Shown: positions 23,912 through 32,000 of the stretch, in pieces
How the letters are laid out: every line of letters begins with the position of its first letter
Position numbering within the stretch: position 1 is the first letter of the stretch
Assembly: GCF_017876815.1 (NCBI RefSeq)
Contig: NZ_JAGIOS010000002.1
Location: 1,170,001 to 1,202,000 of the forward strand
From: Sinorhizobium meliloti
GTDB lineage: Bacteria > Pseudomonadota > Alphaproteobacteria > Rhizobiales > Rhizobiaceae
Direction: 5' to 3'
Length of the DNA: 32,000 nucleotides
Made by a program: the position numbers and the translations under genes
The notes under the pieces: generated by a model
What the model was told of the DNA's origin: nothing
The model's input: only the letters and a program-made list of their open reading frames with translations
The model's database searches: none

Positions 23912-25200
23912 CAACGCTCCTCCAGGATAGCAAGGGCAGCGAGATGCAGCACCAGGATGGGCCAGATCTTCAGAAGCGGTCCAAGCGGCTCGTTCCACAA
24001 TTCCGGGAGCAGGGCCGTGCCGGCGATCGCATAGAAAAGCGAGAGGCCGACCGCGCCATAAAGGCCGATGCGGCTTGTGCGGCGAACCGCGATTGCCATA
24101 CCGATCAGGATGTCGGCGAGGGCTCCGGCGATGACGCTCGGCCCCGCAAGAACGCCGGCGCCTCCCCGTTCCATCAGATCAACGCCGATTTCATACCCCG
24201 ATGTGAGCGAGATGACGCCCGTCGTGATCCAGAAGAGCGGGAGGACGACGAAGATGACGGGCTTGAGCAGATAGAGCTTGGCGAACCAGCGCTCCTGGAC
24301 TGAAACCGGCGTTCTCGCCAGCGCGTCTGCGAGCGCCATCGGTTCTATCCCGGTTTTCTCAACCCATGCCCTGTTGTCGCCGACGGCGCCGCGCCCGATC
24401 TCTTTTTGCGCGGTGCTGCGGGTCGGCGGTCGCCAGCCCAGAGCCCCGGCGATGTCGCTGAGCTTGTAGGTGAGATTCGCGAGCGGGGTTGGCATGTTTA
24501 CGACGCGAGCAGCGGGCCATCCGAACCAGCGCCTGTAGGTGCCCACCACGTCCTTGAACGACAGGGCCTCAGGTCCCGCAACCTCGAGAGTGAGCCGCGA
24601 AGGAGCATTCGGGTTGACGAACATCTCGACCGTGCGCACCACGTCCTCGAGGCGCACGACCTGAAGCAATCCGGTATTCGGCATGACCGGCAGCCAGGGC
24701 AGTGCGGCGAGGCCCCTGAAAAGCGCGCTTGCGCCGTAGGCTCCAGGGCCGAGCACGACGGAGGGGCGCAGGATGACCCAGTCGAGATCGCATGCCATTA
24801 GCGCTTCGTCGCCCTGAAGCTTGGTGCGCGAAAAGGGCGAGGGCTGGGCCCTGTCGACCCCCATTGCCGAGAAGTGGATGACGCGGCGCACGCCCGCCTG
24901 CTCGCAGGCCTTGAAGAGCGAGGCGGGACCGCGGGCATGGACTGCCGTCGTATCCTCCCCCGGACCGTCCTGGAGCGTTCCCGCGCAGTTTACTACGGCG
25001 TCGATGCCTGAGAGATGCGGCAGCCAGTCTTCAGGGCCGACGGACCGAAGGTCGAGTTCTAGGGCTTTGCCGGCCGTGTGGGAGCTTGGTGCCGAGCCGG
25101 GCCGGACCACGCGGACGATCTCGCTTCCACGGCCATGGAGCCCTGCGCACACGGCCGAGCCGATCAGGCCGGAGGCGCCGACCACAAGTACTCTCGTCAT
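23911..25200 (-). CDS. SDR/NAD(P)-binding (NmrA/epimerase-like) domain fused to a C-terminal DoxX-like membrane domain
   Basis: MTRVLVVGASGLIGSAV Rossmann start. A soluble domain of about 300 aa is followed by 4 TM helices (LLKPVIFVVLPLFWITTGVISL ... ILVLHLAALAILE). GAGGA RBS lies upstream of the ATG at 25200. Confidence 0.85.
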   Translation of the reverse strand: MTRVLVVGASGLIGSAVCAGLHGRGSEIVRVVRPGSAPSSHTAGKALELDLRSVGPEDWLPHLSGIDAVVNCAGTLQDGPGEDTTAVHARGPASLFKACEQAGVRRVIHFSAMGVDRAQPSPFSRTKLQGDEALMACDLDWVILRPSVVLGPGAYGASALFRGLAALPWLPVMPNTGLLQVVRLEDVVRTVEMFVNPNAPSRLTLEVAGPEALSFKDVVGTYRRWFGWPAARVVNMPTPLANLTYKLSDIAGALGWRPPTRSTAQKEIGRGAVGDNRAWVEKTGIEPMALADALARTPVSVQERWFAKLYLLKPVIFVVLPLFWITTGVISLTSGYEIGVDLMERGGAGVLAGPSVIAGALADILIGMAIAVRRTSRIGLYGAVGLSLFYAIAGTALLPELWNEPLGPLLKIWPILVLHLAALAILEER

Positions 25201-25567
25201 TCGTCCTCACAATCTTTCCGGACGGGCCGCCATTCGCACTCGCCCTACGTCCGACGCCAAACAACTGCGGCAAGGAAGATGTTCCTTTTGACTTGACCTC
25301 CGTTTTTTATGCGGCACTCTCCCGCTGAAAGAGTCTTAAGACCCTCTCCGCGAGGGCTCTCGACAATCGCCGGCTCTACTCTATTTGGATCGAGGCGGTG
25401 CTGGATGTGAAAAGGCGGCTATAGCACTTTGATTTGCTGCTGTTTTTGTCTTCGAATCAGTCGGGATTCAAGGAAAGACGCAGTGGAGAGGAAACGAGTC
25501 GTTTGCTTGACATCGGGAGTGTCGGCGAACGTCTCGGGTGTGGTTGAGTACAAGGGAGGAGAATATT

Positions 25568-26860
25568 ATGCGGTTGATTTCCATTTCCACAACGATTGCA
25601 TTCGGCTTCGCTTTTCAGGCGCAGGCCGCCACGGAACTGCAGTGGTGGCACGCAATGACGGGTGCCAATAACGAAATGATCGAGGAACTCACCAAGGAGT
25701 TCAACGAGAGCCAGAGCACCTACAAGGTGGTGCCTGTCTTCAAGGGCACCTATCCCGAGACACTGAATGCCGGCATCGCGGCTTTCCGGTCGAAGCAGCC
25801 GCCGGCGATCATTCAGGTGTTCGATGCCGGCAGCGGCACGATGATGGCCGCCGAGGGCGCGATCGTGCCGGCAGCGGAGATCCTCCAGAAGGGCGGCTTC
25901 ACCTTCGACAAATCGCAGTATCTGCCCGGGATCGTCGCCTATTATTCGAAGCCGGACGGAACGATGCTGTCCTTTCCGTACAACTCCTCCTCGCCCATCC
26001 TTTATTACAACAAGGACGCTTTTCAGAAGGCGGGCTTGAACGTCGACAACCCGCCGAAGACCTGGCCGGAAGTCTTCGAAGCGGCGAAGAAGATCAAGAC
26101 GAGCGGTGCGGCGCCTTGCGGAATGACGTCGACCTGGCTGACGTGGATCCAGACGGAGAACTTCGCCGCCTGGAACAACGTGCCCTACGGAACCAATGAA
26201 AACGGCCTCGGCGGAACCGACGTGAAGCTGCAGATCAACGCGCCGCTTTACGTGGAACATTTCCAGGCGATTGCGGATCTCGCCAAGGACGGCGCCTTCC
26301 GCTATGGCGGGCGCACCTCGGAGGCAAAGCAGCTCTTCACCTCAGGCGAATGTGCCATCCTGACCGAGTCTTCTGGCGGTCTCGGCGACATCGCCAAGAG
26401 CGGCGTGAACTACGGCATCGGCCAGTTGCCCTATTACGAGGGCCACGGCCCGCAGAACACGATCCCCGGCGGAGCGAGCCTCTGGGTATTCGCCGGCAAG
26501 TCGGACGAGGAATACAAGGGCGTAGCGGAGTTCTTCAACTTCCTTTCCCAGACCGAGATTCAAGCCAAGCTGCACCAGATCTCGGGCTATATGCCGGTCA
26601 CGATGGCCGCCTACGAGGAAACGAAGAAGTCGGGCTTCTACGAGAAGAACCCCGGGCGCGAAACGCCGCTCCTGCAGATGATGGGCAAGGCGCCGACCGA
26701 AAACTCGAAGGGCGTCCGGCTGGTCAACCTGCCCCAGGTTAGGGACATCCTCAACGAGGAGTTCGAAGCGATGCTGTCAGGGCAACAGGATGCCAAGACG
26801 GCGCTCGACAAGGCGGTCGAACGCGGCGACGCCGCAATCGCAGCAGCAATCAGCAATTGA
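25568..26860 (+). CDS. ugpB: sn-glycerol-3-phosphate ABC transporter substrate-binding protein
   Basis: Close colinear similarity to remembered E. coli UgpB (AGIAAFR, NSS.P.LYYNKDAF.KAGL....PPKTW, GGASLWV, GFYEKNPG, ALD.AVERG). Signal peptide MRLISISTTIAFGFAFQAQA. GGAGGAG RBS lies before the ATG at 25568. Confidence 0.92.
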   Translation: MRLISISTTIAFGFAFQAQAATELQWWHAMTGANNEMIEELTKEFNESQSTYKVVPVFKGTYPETLNAGIAAFRSKQPPAIIQVFDAGSGTMMAAEGAIVPAAEILQKGGFTFDKSQYLPGIVAYYSKPDGTMLSFPYNSSSPILYYNKDAFQKAGLNVDNPPKTWPEVFEAAKKIKTSGAAPCGMTSTWLTWIQTENFAAWNNVPYGTNENGLGGTDVKLQINAPLYVEHFQAIADLAKDGAFRYGGRTSEAKQLFTSGECAILTESSGGLGDIAKSGVNYGIGQLPYYEGHGPQNTIPGGASLWVFAGKSDEEYKGVAEFFNFLSQTEIQAKLHQISGYMPVTMAAYEETKKSGFYEKNPGRETPLLQMMGKAPTENSKGVRLVNLPQVRDILNEEFEAMLSGQQDAKTALDKAVERGDAAIAAAISN

Positions 26861-26873
26861 TCGAGGCAGGTGT

Positions 26874-26899
26874 CCGGCGCCGTCGTTCGACGGCGTCGG
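26874..26899 (+). other. Intercistronic stem-loop after ugpB (11-bp stem, GTTC loop)
   Basis: CCGGCGCCGTC-GTTC-GACGGCGTCGG with one G-U pair, followed by a partial T tract (CTTTCT). A second hairpin CTCGGGCCG-ATC-CGGCCCCGAG lies at 26931-26952. Confidence 0.4.
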
Positions 26900-26977
26900 G
26901 CTTTCTGCGGTCATGCCGCCCTGACGTGATCTCGGGCCGATCCGGCCCCGAGGTCATCGTGATCCAGGAGATTGCTC

Positions 26978-27859
26978 GTGCAGCGTGTCGTCTTTCCGAA
27001 CAAAATCCTCCCTTACTTGCTCGTCGCTCCGCAGATCGTCTTGACGATCGTTTTCTTCTTCTGGCCGGCAAGCCAGGCGCTCTACCAATCGGTGATCCGT
27101 GAAGACCCGTTCGGCCTGAAAAGCGGCTTCGTCGGTTTTGCCAATTTCAGCGCCGTGCTTTCGGAGGCGAATTATCTCAACTCGCTGAAGGTCACGGTGA
27201 TCTTCAGCGTCCTCACCGCGCTGCTCGCGATGGGCGTCGCCCTGCTTCTCGCCACGGCCGCCGACCGCGTCGTGCGCGGGAAGACCTTCTATCGCACCCT
27301 GCTGATCTGGCCCTATGCCGTCGCACCGGCCGTCGCCGGCATGCTGTGGCTCTTCATGTTCAATCCGGCGATGGGCACCTTCGCCTATATGCTGAGGCGG
27401 AACGGCTTTCACTGGGATCCGTTGCTGAACGGCAATCACGCCATGATGCTGATCGTCGTTGCAGCGGCCTGGAAACAGATCAGCTACAATTTTCTCTTCT
27501 TCGTCGCCGGGCTCCAGGCCATACCCAAGTCGCTCATCGAAGCGGCGGCGATCGATGGAGCGCGCGGCACCCGGCGTTTCTGGACGATCATCTTCCCGCT
27601 GCTGGCGCCGACGACCTTTTTCCTGCTCGTGGTCAACACCGTCTACGCCTTCTTCGATACGTTCGGCATCATCCACTCGGTCACGGGCGGAGGGCCGGCT
27701 AGGGCGACGGAAACCTTGGTCTACAAGGTCTATAACGACGGCTTCGTCAACCTGAACCTCGGCTCGTCCGCGGCCCAGTCCGTGATCCTCATGGCGATCG
27801 TCATTGGGCTTACCGCCTTTCAGTTCCGGTTCGTCGAAAGGCGTGTCCACTATGGATGA
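26978..27859 (+). CDS. ugpA: sn-glycerol-3-phosphate ABC transporter permease
   Basis: [18 protein letters not shown]-terminus as in UgpA, and the EAA-loop region IEAAAIDGA...RFW.I.FPLL. GTG at 26978 lies 8 nt after AGGAGA. The track start TTG at 26972 is too close to the RBS. Confidence 0.9.
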   Translation: MQRVVFPNKILPYLLVAPQIVLTIVFFFWPASQALYQSVIREDPFGLKSGFVGFANFSAVLSEANYLNSLKVTVIFSVLTALLAMGVALLLATAADRVVRGKTFYRTLLIWPYAVAPAVAGMLWLFMFNPAMGTFAYMLRRNGFHWDPLLNGNHAMMLIVVAAAWKQISYNFLFFVAGLQAIPKSLIEAAAIDGARGTRRFWTIIFPLLAPTTFFLLVVNTVYAFFDTFGIIHSVTGGGPARATETLVYKVYNDGFVNLNLGSSAAQSVILMAIVIGLTAFQFRFVERRVHYG

Positions 27860-27867
27860 GATCGCCA

Positions 27868-28716
27868 ATGATTGAAAAGCGCCCCATCTCCAACCTGATC
27901 GGGCACCTGATGCTGATCATCGGCATCATCATCGTGGTTTTCCCGATCTATTATACCTTCGTCGCCTCAAGCATGAGCTCGGTCGAGATCATCCGGCCGC
28001 CTATGCCGCTCGTTCCCGGCACGCGGCTTGCCGAGAATTATAGCGAAGCGCTTTCCGGTGGAGTCGAGCGTGTGGTCGGCGTCAGTCTCGAACGGTTGCT
28101 GTTCAACACATTCGTGGTGGCGATCGCGATCGCCGTCGGCAAGATCGTCATTTCCTTCCTCTCGGCCTTCGCCATCGTGTTCTTCCGTTTCCGCCTGCGC
28201 ATGGCCTTCTTCTGGATGATCTTCATCACGCTGATGCTCCCGGTGGAGGTGCGGATCCTGCCGACGTATAAGGTGATCGTCGATCTCGGACTGATCGACA
28301 CCTATGCGGGACTGACGCTTCCCCTGATGGCGTCGGCGACGGCGACCTTCCTGTTCCGGCAGTTCTTTCTCACCATCCCGGGCGAACTCGTGGAAGCGGC
28401 GCGCATCGACAATGCCGGGCCGTTCCGCTTCATGCGGGATATTCTGCTGCCGCTTTCAAAGACCAATATCGCGGCGCTTTTCGTGATCCTCTTCATCTAC
28501 GGCTGGACCCAGTATCTCTGGCCGCTGCTGGTCACGAATGACAGCCGGATGAACACGATCATCATCGGCCTCAGGAAGATGGTCGATTTCACTGACGCAT
28601 CGACCCCGTGGAACTACGTTATGGTGACCGCCATCCTCGCGATCATCCCGCCTGTCGCGGTGGTCGTCCTGATGCAGCGCTGGTTCGTCAAGGGCCTCGT
28701 CGAAACGGAGAAGTAA
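27868..28716 (+). CDS. ugpE: sn-glycerol-3-phosphate ABC transporter permease
   Basis: MIEKRP... matches the remembered UgpE N-terminus MIENRP. EAA loop [19 protein letters not shown]. An alternative ATG at 27856 forms an ATGA overlap with the ugpA stop. Confidence 0.9.
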   Translation: MIEKRPISNLIGHLMLIIGIIIVVFPIYYTFVASSMSSVEIIRPPMPLVPGTRLAENYSEALSGGVERVVGVSLERLLFNTFVVAIAIAVGKIVISFLSAFAIVFFRFRLRMAFFWMIFITLMLPVEVRILPTYKVIVDLGLIDTYAGLTLPLMASATATFLFRQFFLTIPGELVEAARIDNAGPFRFMRDILLPLSKTNIAALFVILFIYGWTQYLWPLLVTNDSRMNTIIIGLRKMVDFTDASTPWNYVMVTAILAIIPPVAVVVLMQRWFVKGLVETEK

Positions 28717-29765
28717 TGGCAACGATCACTCTCAAGGATGTCCACAAGACCTATCACGGCGACATCGCCGCGATCCGCGGCGTTTCGCTTGCGATTGCCG
28801 ACGGCGAGTTCATCGTGCTCGTCGGCCCTTCCGGCTGCGGAAAATCGACGCTGCTGAGGATGATCGCGGGGCTCGAGAGCATCACGTCGGGCGAGGTCTC
28901 CATCGGCGACCGCGTCGTCAACGGGCTGGAGCCTTCCGAGCGCGACATTGCTATGGTCTTTCAGAACTACGCGCTCTACCCGCATATGACGGTCCGTCAG
29001 AATCTCAGCTATGGCCTGAAGAACCGCAACACGCCGAAGGAAGAAATCGAGCGCCGCATAGCCAAGGCGGCGAAGTCCCTGGAGATTGAGCCCTTCCTGG
29101 ATCGAAAGCCACGGCAGCTTTCAGGCGGGCAGCGCCAGCGTGTGGCCATGGGGCGCGCCATCGTCCGGGAGCCTGCCGCCTTCCTGTTCGACGAGCCTCT
29201 CTCGAACCTCGACGCCAAGCTCAGGGTCCAGATGCGCGTCGAGATCAAGCGCCTTCAGCGGGCGCTCGGCACGACGAGCGTCTACGTCACCCACGACCAG
29301 CTGGAAGCGATGACGCTCGCCGACCGCCTCGTGGTTCTGAACGGGGGGAGGATCGAGCAGGTCGGTACGCCGATCGAGCTGTACGAGAACCCGGCGACGG
29401 CATTCGTCGCAACCTTCATCGGCTCGCCTTCGATGAACCTTCTCGATCTCAATACCGGCAATGCTGCCTGGTCGGCCCCGGCGGCTCTCGTCGGGAAGCC
29501 GGGGCTTGCGACAATCGGAATCCGACCTGAGGACATTACCCTCGCCGGTGACACGGACGGCGGCGAGCGTTTCAGAGCCCGCGTGCGCGTCGGCGCCGTG
29601 GAACTCGTCGGCGCCGAAAGCTATGTGCACGGCACCCTGGCGAACGGCGAGCCGCTCGTCTTCAGGGTTGCCGGCCGCTCCCGCATGATGATCGACGAGG
29701 AGGTCGAGGTCGCAGCGGTGGCCGGAAGCCTGCACTGGTTCGACGCCGCCGGCCGGCGCTTGTAG
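28716..29765 (+). CDS. ugpC: sn-glycerol-3-phosphate ABC transporter ATP-binding protein
   Basis: Walker [10 protein letters not shown], signature LSGGQRQR, Walker [12 protein letters not shown], and a MalK-like C-terminal regulatory domain. The ATG at 28716 overlaps the ugpE TAA by 1 nt, with GGAGAAG RBS upstream. Confidence 0.92.
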   Translation: MATITLKDVHKTYHGDIAAIRGVSLAIADGEFIVLVGPSGCGKSTLLRMIAGLESITSGEVSIGDRVVNGLEPSERDIAMVFQNYALYPHMTVRQNLSYGLKNRNTPKEEIERRIAKAAKSLEIEPFLDRKPRQLSGGQRQRVAMGRAIVREPAAFLFDEPLSNLDAKLRVQMRVEIKRLQRALGTTSVYVTHDQLEAMTLADRLVVLNGGRIEQVGTPIELYENPATAFVATFIGSPSMNLLDLNTGNAAWSAPAALVGKPGLATIGIRPEDITLAGDTDGGERFRARVRVGAVELVGAESYVHGTLANGEPLVFRVAGRSRMMIDEEVEVAAVAGSLHWFDAAGRRL

Positions 29766-29885
29766 CGCGAGGGTGGCAAGGCGACCCCGTTTACCAAATT
29801 TTTGCGACCCGCTGTCGGCACGGCCTTTCCTCCAACGTCCTTGCAGGTGGCCATTTGGACGATCAGGAAGATCAGGAGAACCGAA

Positions 29886-30512
29886 ATGATGAAACTATAT
29901 GGATTAGGTCCGACGCGCTCGCTTCGCGCCCGTTGGGCGCTTCAGGAGCTGGATGCGGAGTTCGAGTTCGTGCCCGTCAACATAGTGGCGGGCGAGGCCC
30001 ATCACCCCGACTTCCTGCGGCTCAATCCGGCGGGCAAGCTTCCGGTGCTGGTCGATGGCGACTTCGTCCTCACGGAATCTGCCGCGATCGTCATGTATCT
30101 GGCGGAAAAATATGGCGGCAAAGGGCTTATGCCAGCGGACCTGAAGGAGCGGGCGCAGGCGTATCGCTGGTCTCTGTTCGCGGTCACCGAACTCGAACAG
30201 CCACTGTGGCGGATGGCTAAGCACACGTTTCTTTATCCCGAGGAAAAGCGGTTGCCGGAAGACATTGCGCTAGCCAAGGAAGAATTCCTGGCCATGGCAG
30301 CGGTGCTCGAACAGCACATGAAAGGGCGGGAATTTATCGTCGGCGACAGGATAAGTATCGCCGATTGCGTAACCGCCTATGTTCTGGATTGGGGCAATGA
30401 AAACGGCCTGCTCGATGACTTTCCAAATCTTAAGGCGTATCTCGAGCGGATGTATGCGCGCCCCAAGGCGCCGCAACGGATCGCGGAGGCATTTGCGAGC
30501 CTTCAGAGTTAG
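29886..30512 (+). CDS. Glutathione S-transferase family protein
   Basis: MMKLYG....S.R.RWAL.E........V.......H..FL.LNP.GK.P.LVDGDFVLTES.AI..YL N-terminal thioredoxin-like domain, then a helical C-terminal domain. AGGAGA lies 7 nt upstream of the ATG at 29886. Confidence 0.9.
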   Translation: MMKLYGLGPTRSLRARWALQELDAEFEFVPVNIVAGEAHHPDFLRLNPAGKLPVLVDGDFVLTESAAIVMYLAEKYGGKGLMPADLKERAQAYRWSLFAVTELEQPLWRMAKHTFLYPEEKRLPEDIALAKEEFLAMAAVLEQHMKGREFIVGDRISIADCVTAYVLDWGNENGLLDDFPNLKAYLERMYARPKAPQRIAEAFASLQS

Positions 30513-30544
30513 AACTGGATGAGGAATGATCCAGAGCAGGTTCA

Positions 30545-30834
30545 CCCCCTCTGGCCTGCCGGCCATCTCCCCCACAAGGGGGGAGACCATTTGAGGCGCG
30601 CTCAGCGTCTCAACAAGGATTCCTGTATGCGGGGACCTGCTGTGGGGGCAAAGAGTGAAACGCTTGTATTCTCCCCCCTTGTGGGGCAGGGGAATCGCAT
30701 ATGCGGAACAGGCATGGAACATCGAAGGGTTTGTTCTCGATGCGATTCCGTTCTGTTCGCCATTCGATTCCTCGAAATCGGCCATATGCGAAAGCCCTAC
30801 CTTGTGGGGGAGATGCCCGGCAGGGCAGTGGGGG
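30545..30834. repeat. 290-bp repeat cluster bounded by 35-bp imperfect inverted repeats (MITE/RIME-like), with a third internal core copy
   Basis: 30545-30579 (CCCCCTCTGGCCTGCCGGCCATCTCCCCCACAAGG) matches the reverse complement of 30800-30834 at 32 of 35 positions (counted by hand). The core CCCCACAAGGGGGGAGA recurs inverted at about 30670-30686. Each core folds as a G/C hairpin. Confidence 0.55.
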
Positions 30835-30888
30835 TATATCGTCCTGCAAGCTGATCCATCCCGCTCTGCCGCCCGCGCCGTCGTACCC

Positions 30889-31968
30889 TTAATCAGGCAC
30901 GACCACGAGCTTGCCGACGAAGTTCTTCGCCATGAAGTCCGTTTGTGCCCGATGGAACTCCGATAGCGGATAGACGCCGCCGACGAGCGGCCGGATCTTT
31001 TTCTCCTCGATATAGCGGACGAGGCGGCGGAAATCGGCGCGGCTGCCCTGGCTCGATCCGTGCAGCTCCAACTGCTTCAGATACATCGTCCTGAGATCGA
31101 GCTGCACGACCGGCCCGGCGATCGCGCCGGCGGTGGTGTAGCGGCCTTCCGGGCGCAGGATCTTCAGGAGATCGTTGAAGAGGGGACCGCCGACGAGATC
31201 GGCGACGACATCGATCGGTCGGCCGCCGCTTGCCGCCTCCACCGCCTCTGCGAGGTCGCCTTGACCGCGGGTCACGACGGCTTGCGCGCCGATGTCGAGC
31301 ATCGCCGCTTCCTTGCCCGGTCCGGCTACAGCGATCGGAACGGCGCCGCGAGCGCGGGCGAGCTGGATGATCGCGGAGCCGACGCCACCCGAGGCGCCGG
31401 TCACGAGGACGGTCTCGCCGGCGGCAAGCCGCGCCCGTTCCAACATCCGCTCGCCAGTAAGATAAGCGCAGCAGAAGGTGGCAAGCTCGATATCGGTCAG
31501 GTCGGTCGCGACCACATGGGCGTTTTCGGCCGGAAGCGCCATATATTCGGCATAGCCGCCATCGCGGCCATGACCCATGTAATCGATGTCGGCAAGACTG
31601 TCGTCGTCGCGGTTGTAGATCGAGAAGTCGACCATGACGCGCTCGCCGATGCGCGCCCGGTCGACGCCCTCGCCGACGGCAACGATATGGCCGACCGTGT
31701 CGGTGCCCTGAATGCGCGGGAAGGTCAGCGTATTGCCGTGGCGGCGCCACGTCGAGACGGCGGACGGATCGTCCTCCGTCCCATAGGCGCCTTCGCGCAC
31801 CCAGACGTCCGTATTGTTCATGCCGCAGGCAGTGACTCTGATCAGCACCTCGCCGGCAGCCGGAGCCGGGACGGGTACGTCCCGGCTGTAGACGAGCTTC
31901 TCCAATCCGCCGTGCCCTGTCAAAAGCACCGCGGTCATGGTCTTCGGAACGGAATGCATCATGCGCAT
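30889..31968 (-). CDS. Zinc-binding alcohol dehydrogenase / quinone oxidoreductase family (MDR) protein
   Basis: GEVLIRVTACGMNNTDVW, ETVLVTGASGGVGSAIIQLA Rossmann motif. Several clustered ATGs (31968, 31962, 31959, 31938) leave the start uncertain. An AGGAAA RBS overlaps the stop of an upstream gene. Confidence 0.85.
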   Translation of the reverse strand: MRMMHSVPKTMTAVLLTGHGGLEKLVYSRDVPVPAPAAGEVLIRVTACGMNNTDVWVREGAYGTEDDPSAVSTWRRHGNTLTFPRIQGTDTVGHIVAVGEGVDRARIGERVMVDFSIYNRDDDSLADIDYMGHGRDGGYAEYMALPAENAHVVATDLTDIELATFCCAYLTGERMLERARLAAGETVLVTGASGGVGSAIIQLARARGAVPIAVAGPGKEAAMLDIGAQAVVTRGQGDLAEAVEAASGGRPIDVVADLVGGPLFNDLLKILRPEGRYTTAGAIAGPVVQLDLRTMYLKQLELHGSSQGSRADFRRLVRYIEEKKIRPLVGGVYPLSEFHRAQTDFMAKNFVGKLVVVPD

Positions 31969-32000
31969 TTTCCTCAGCGGCCGAGTACGGACTGAATGGC

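Noticed and set aside
25201-25567. PHO box or a clear sigma-70 promoter upstream of ugpB.
   Set aside because: Only weak half-matches were found (TTGTCTT-CGAA-TCAGTCG; CTTGAC at 25505-25510 with a poor -10). That is not enough to call a site.
31974-32000. Eight codons plus stop (...AIQSVLGR*) of a minus-strand gene ending 5 nt upstream of the dehydrogenase start.
   Set aside because: It is probably the end of a co-transcribed upstream gene, but 27 nt at the window edge is too little to support a call.
1-32000. CRISPR arrays, tRNA/rRNA genes, integrases or transposases.
   Set aside because: I saw no regularly spaced direct repeats, no cloverleaf-like or rRNA-like segments in the intergenic regions, and no ORF with recombinase or transposase motifs.

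Overview
GC-rich alphaproteobacterial accessory DNA. Gene content and repeat motifs look like a Rhizobiaceae (Sinorhizobium/Ensifer) megaplasmid; that attribution is from memory and was not searched. About 30 genes are packed tightly, many joined by ATGA/TGATG overlaps. In order they are: (1) a minus-strand operon led by an IclR regulator, with two proteins I cannot assign to a family and an M19 dipeptidase-like gene running off the left edge; (2) a GAF-GGDEF diguanylate cyclase translationally coupled to a quinone oxidoreductase, divergent from (3) a two-gene HlyD-like plus BcsA-like GT2 glucan synthase operon (bgsBA type); (4) a GntR regulator divergent from a RuBisCO-like protein plus DUF1537 acid-sugar kinase pair; (5) a PaoABC-like cytoplasmic molybdo-flavo-iron-sulfur oxidoreductase operon; (6) a metallophosphoesterase and an apparently frameshifted AlkB-like dioxygenase; (7) two small minus-strand ORFs, one below the ORF-track cutoff, behind a general-stress (EcfG/RpoE2-like) promoter motif; (8) a triheme cytochrome c, 2Fe-2S and Tat-signal molybdopterin dehydrogenase operon whose large subunit is broken by an AT-rich 5-nt insertion; (9) an orphan VapB-like antitoxin; (10) an SDR-DoxX fusion plus DUF2269 pair; (11) ugpBAEC; (12) a GST, a 290-bp inverted-repeat-bounded repeat cluster and a second MDR dehydrogenase. 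I saw no rRNA, tRNA, CRISPR array or intact transposase. Function calls rest on motif recognition by eye. Start codons were chosen from RBS position, homolog N-termini and overlap logic, and several remain uncertain.
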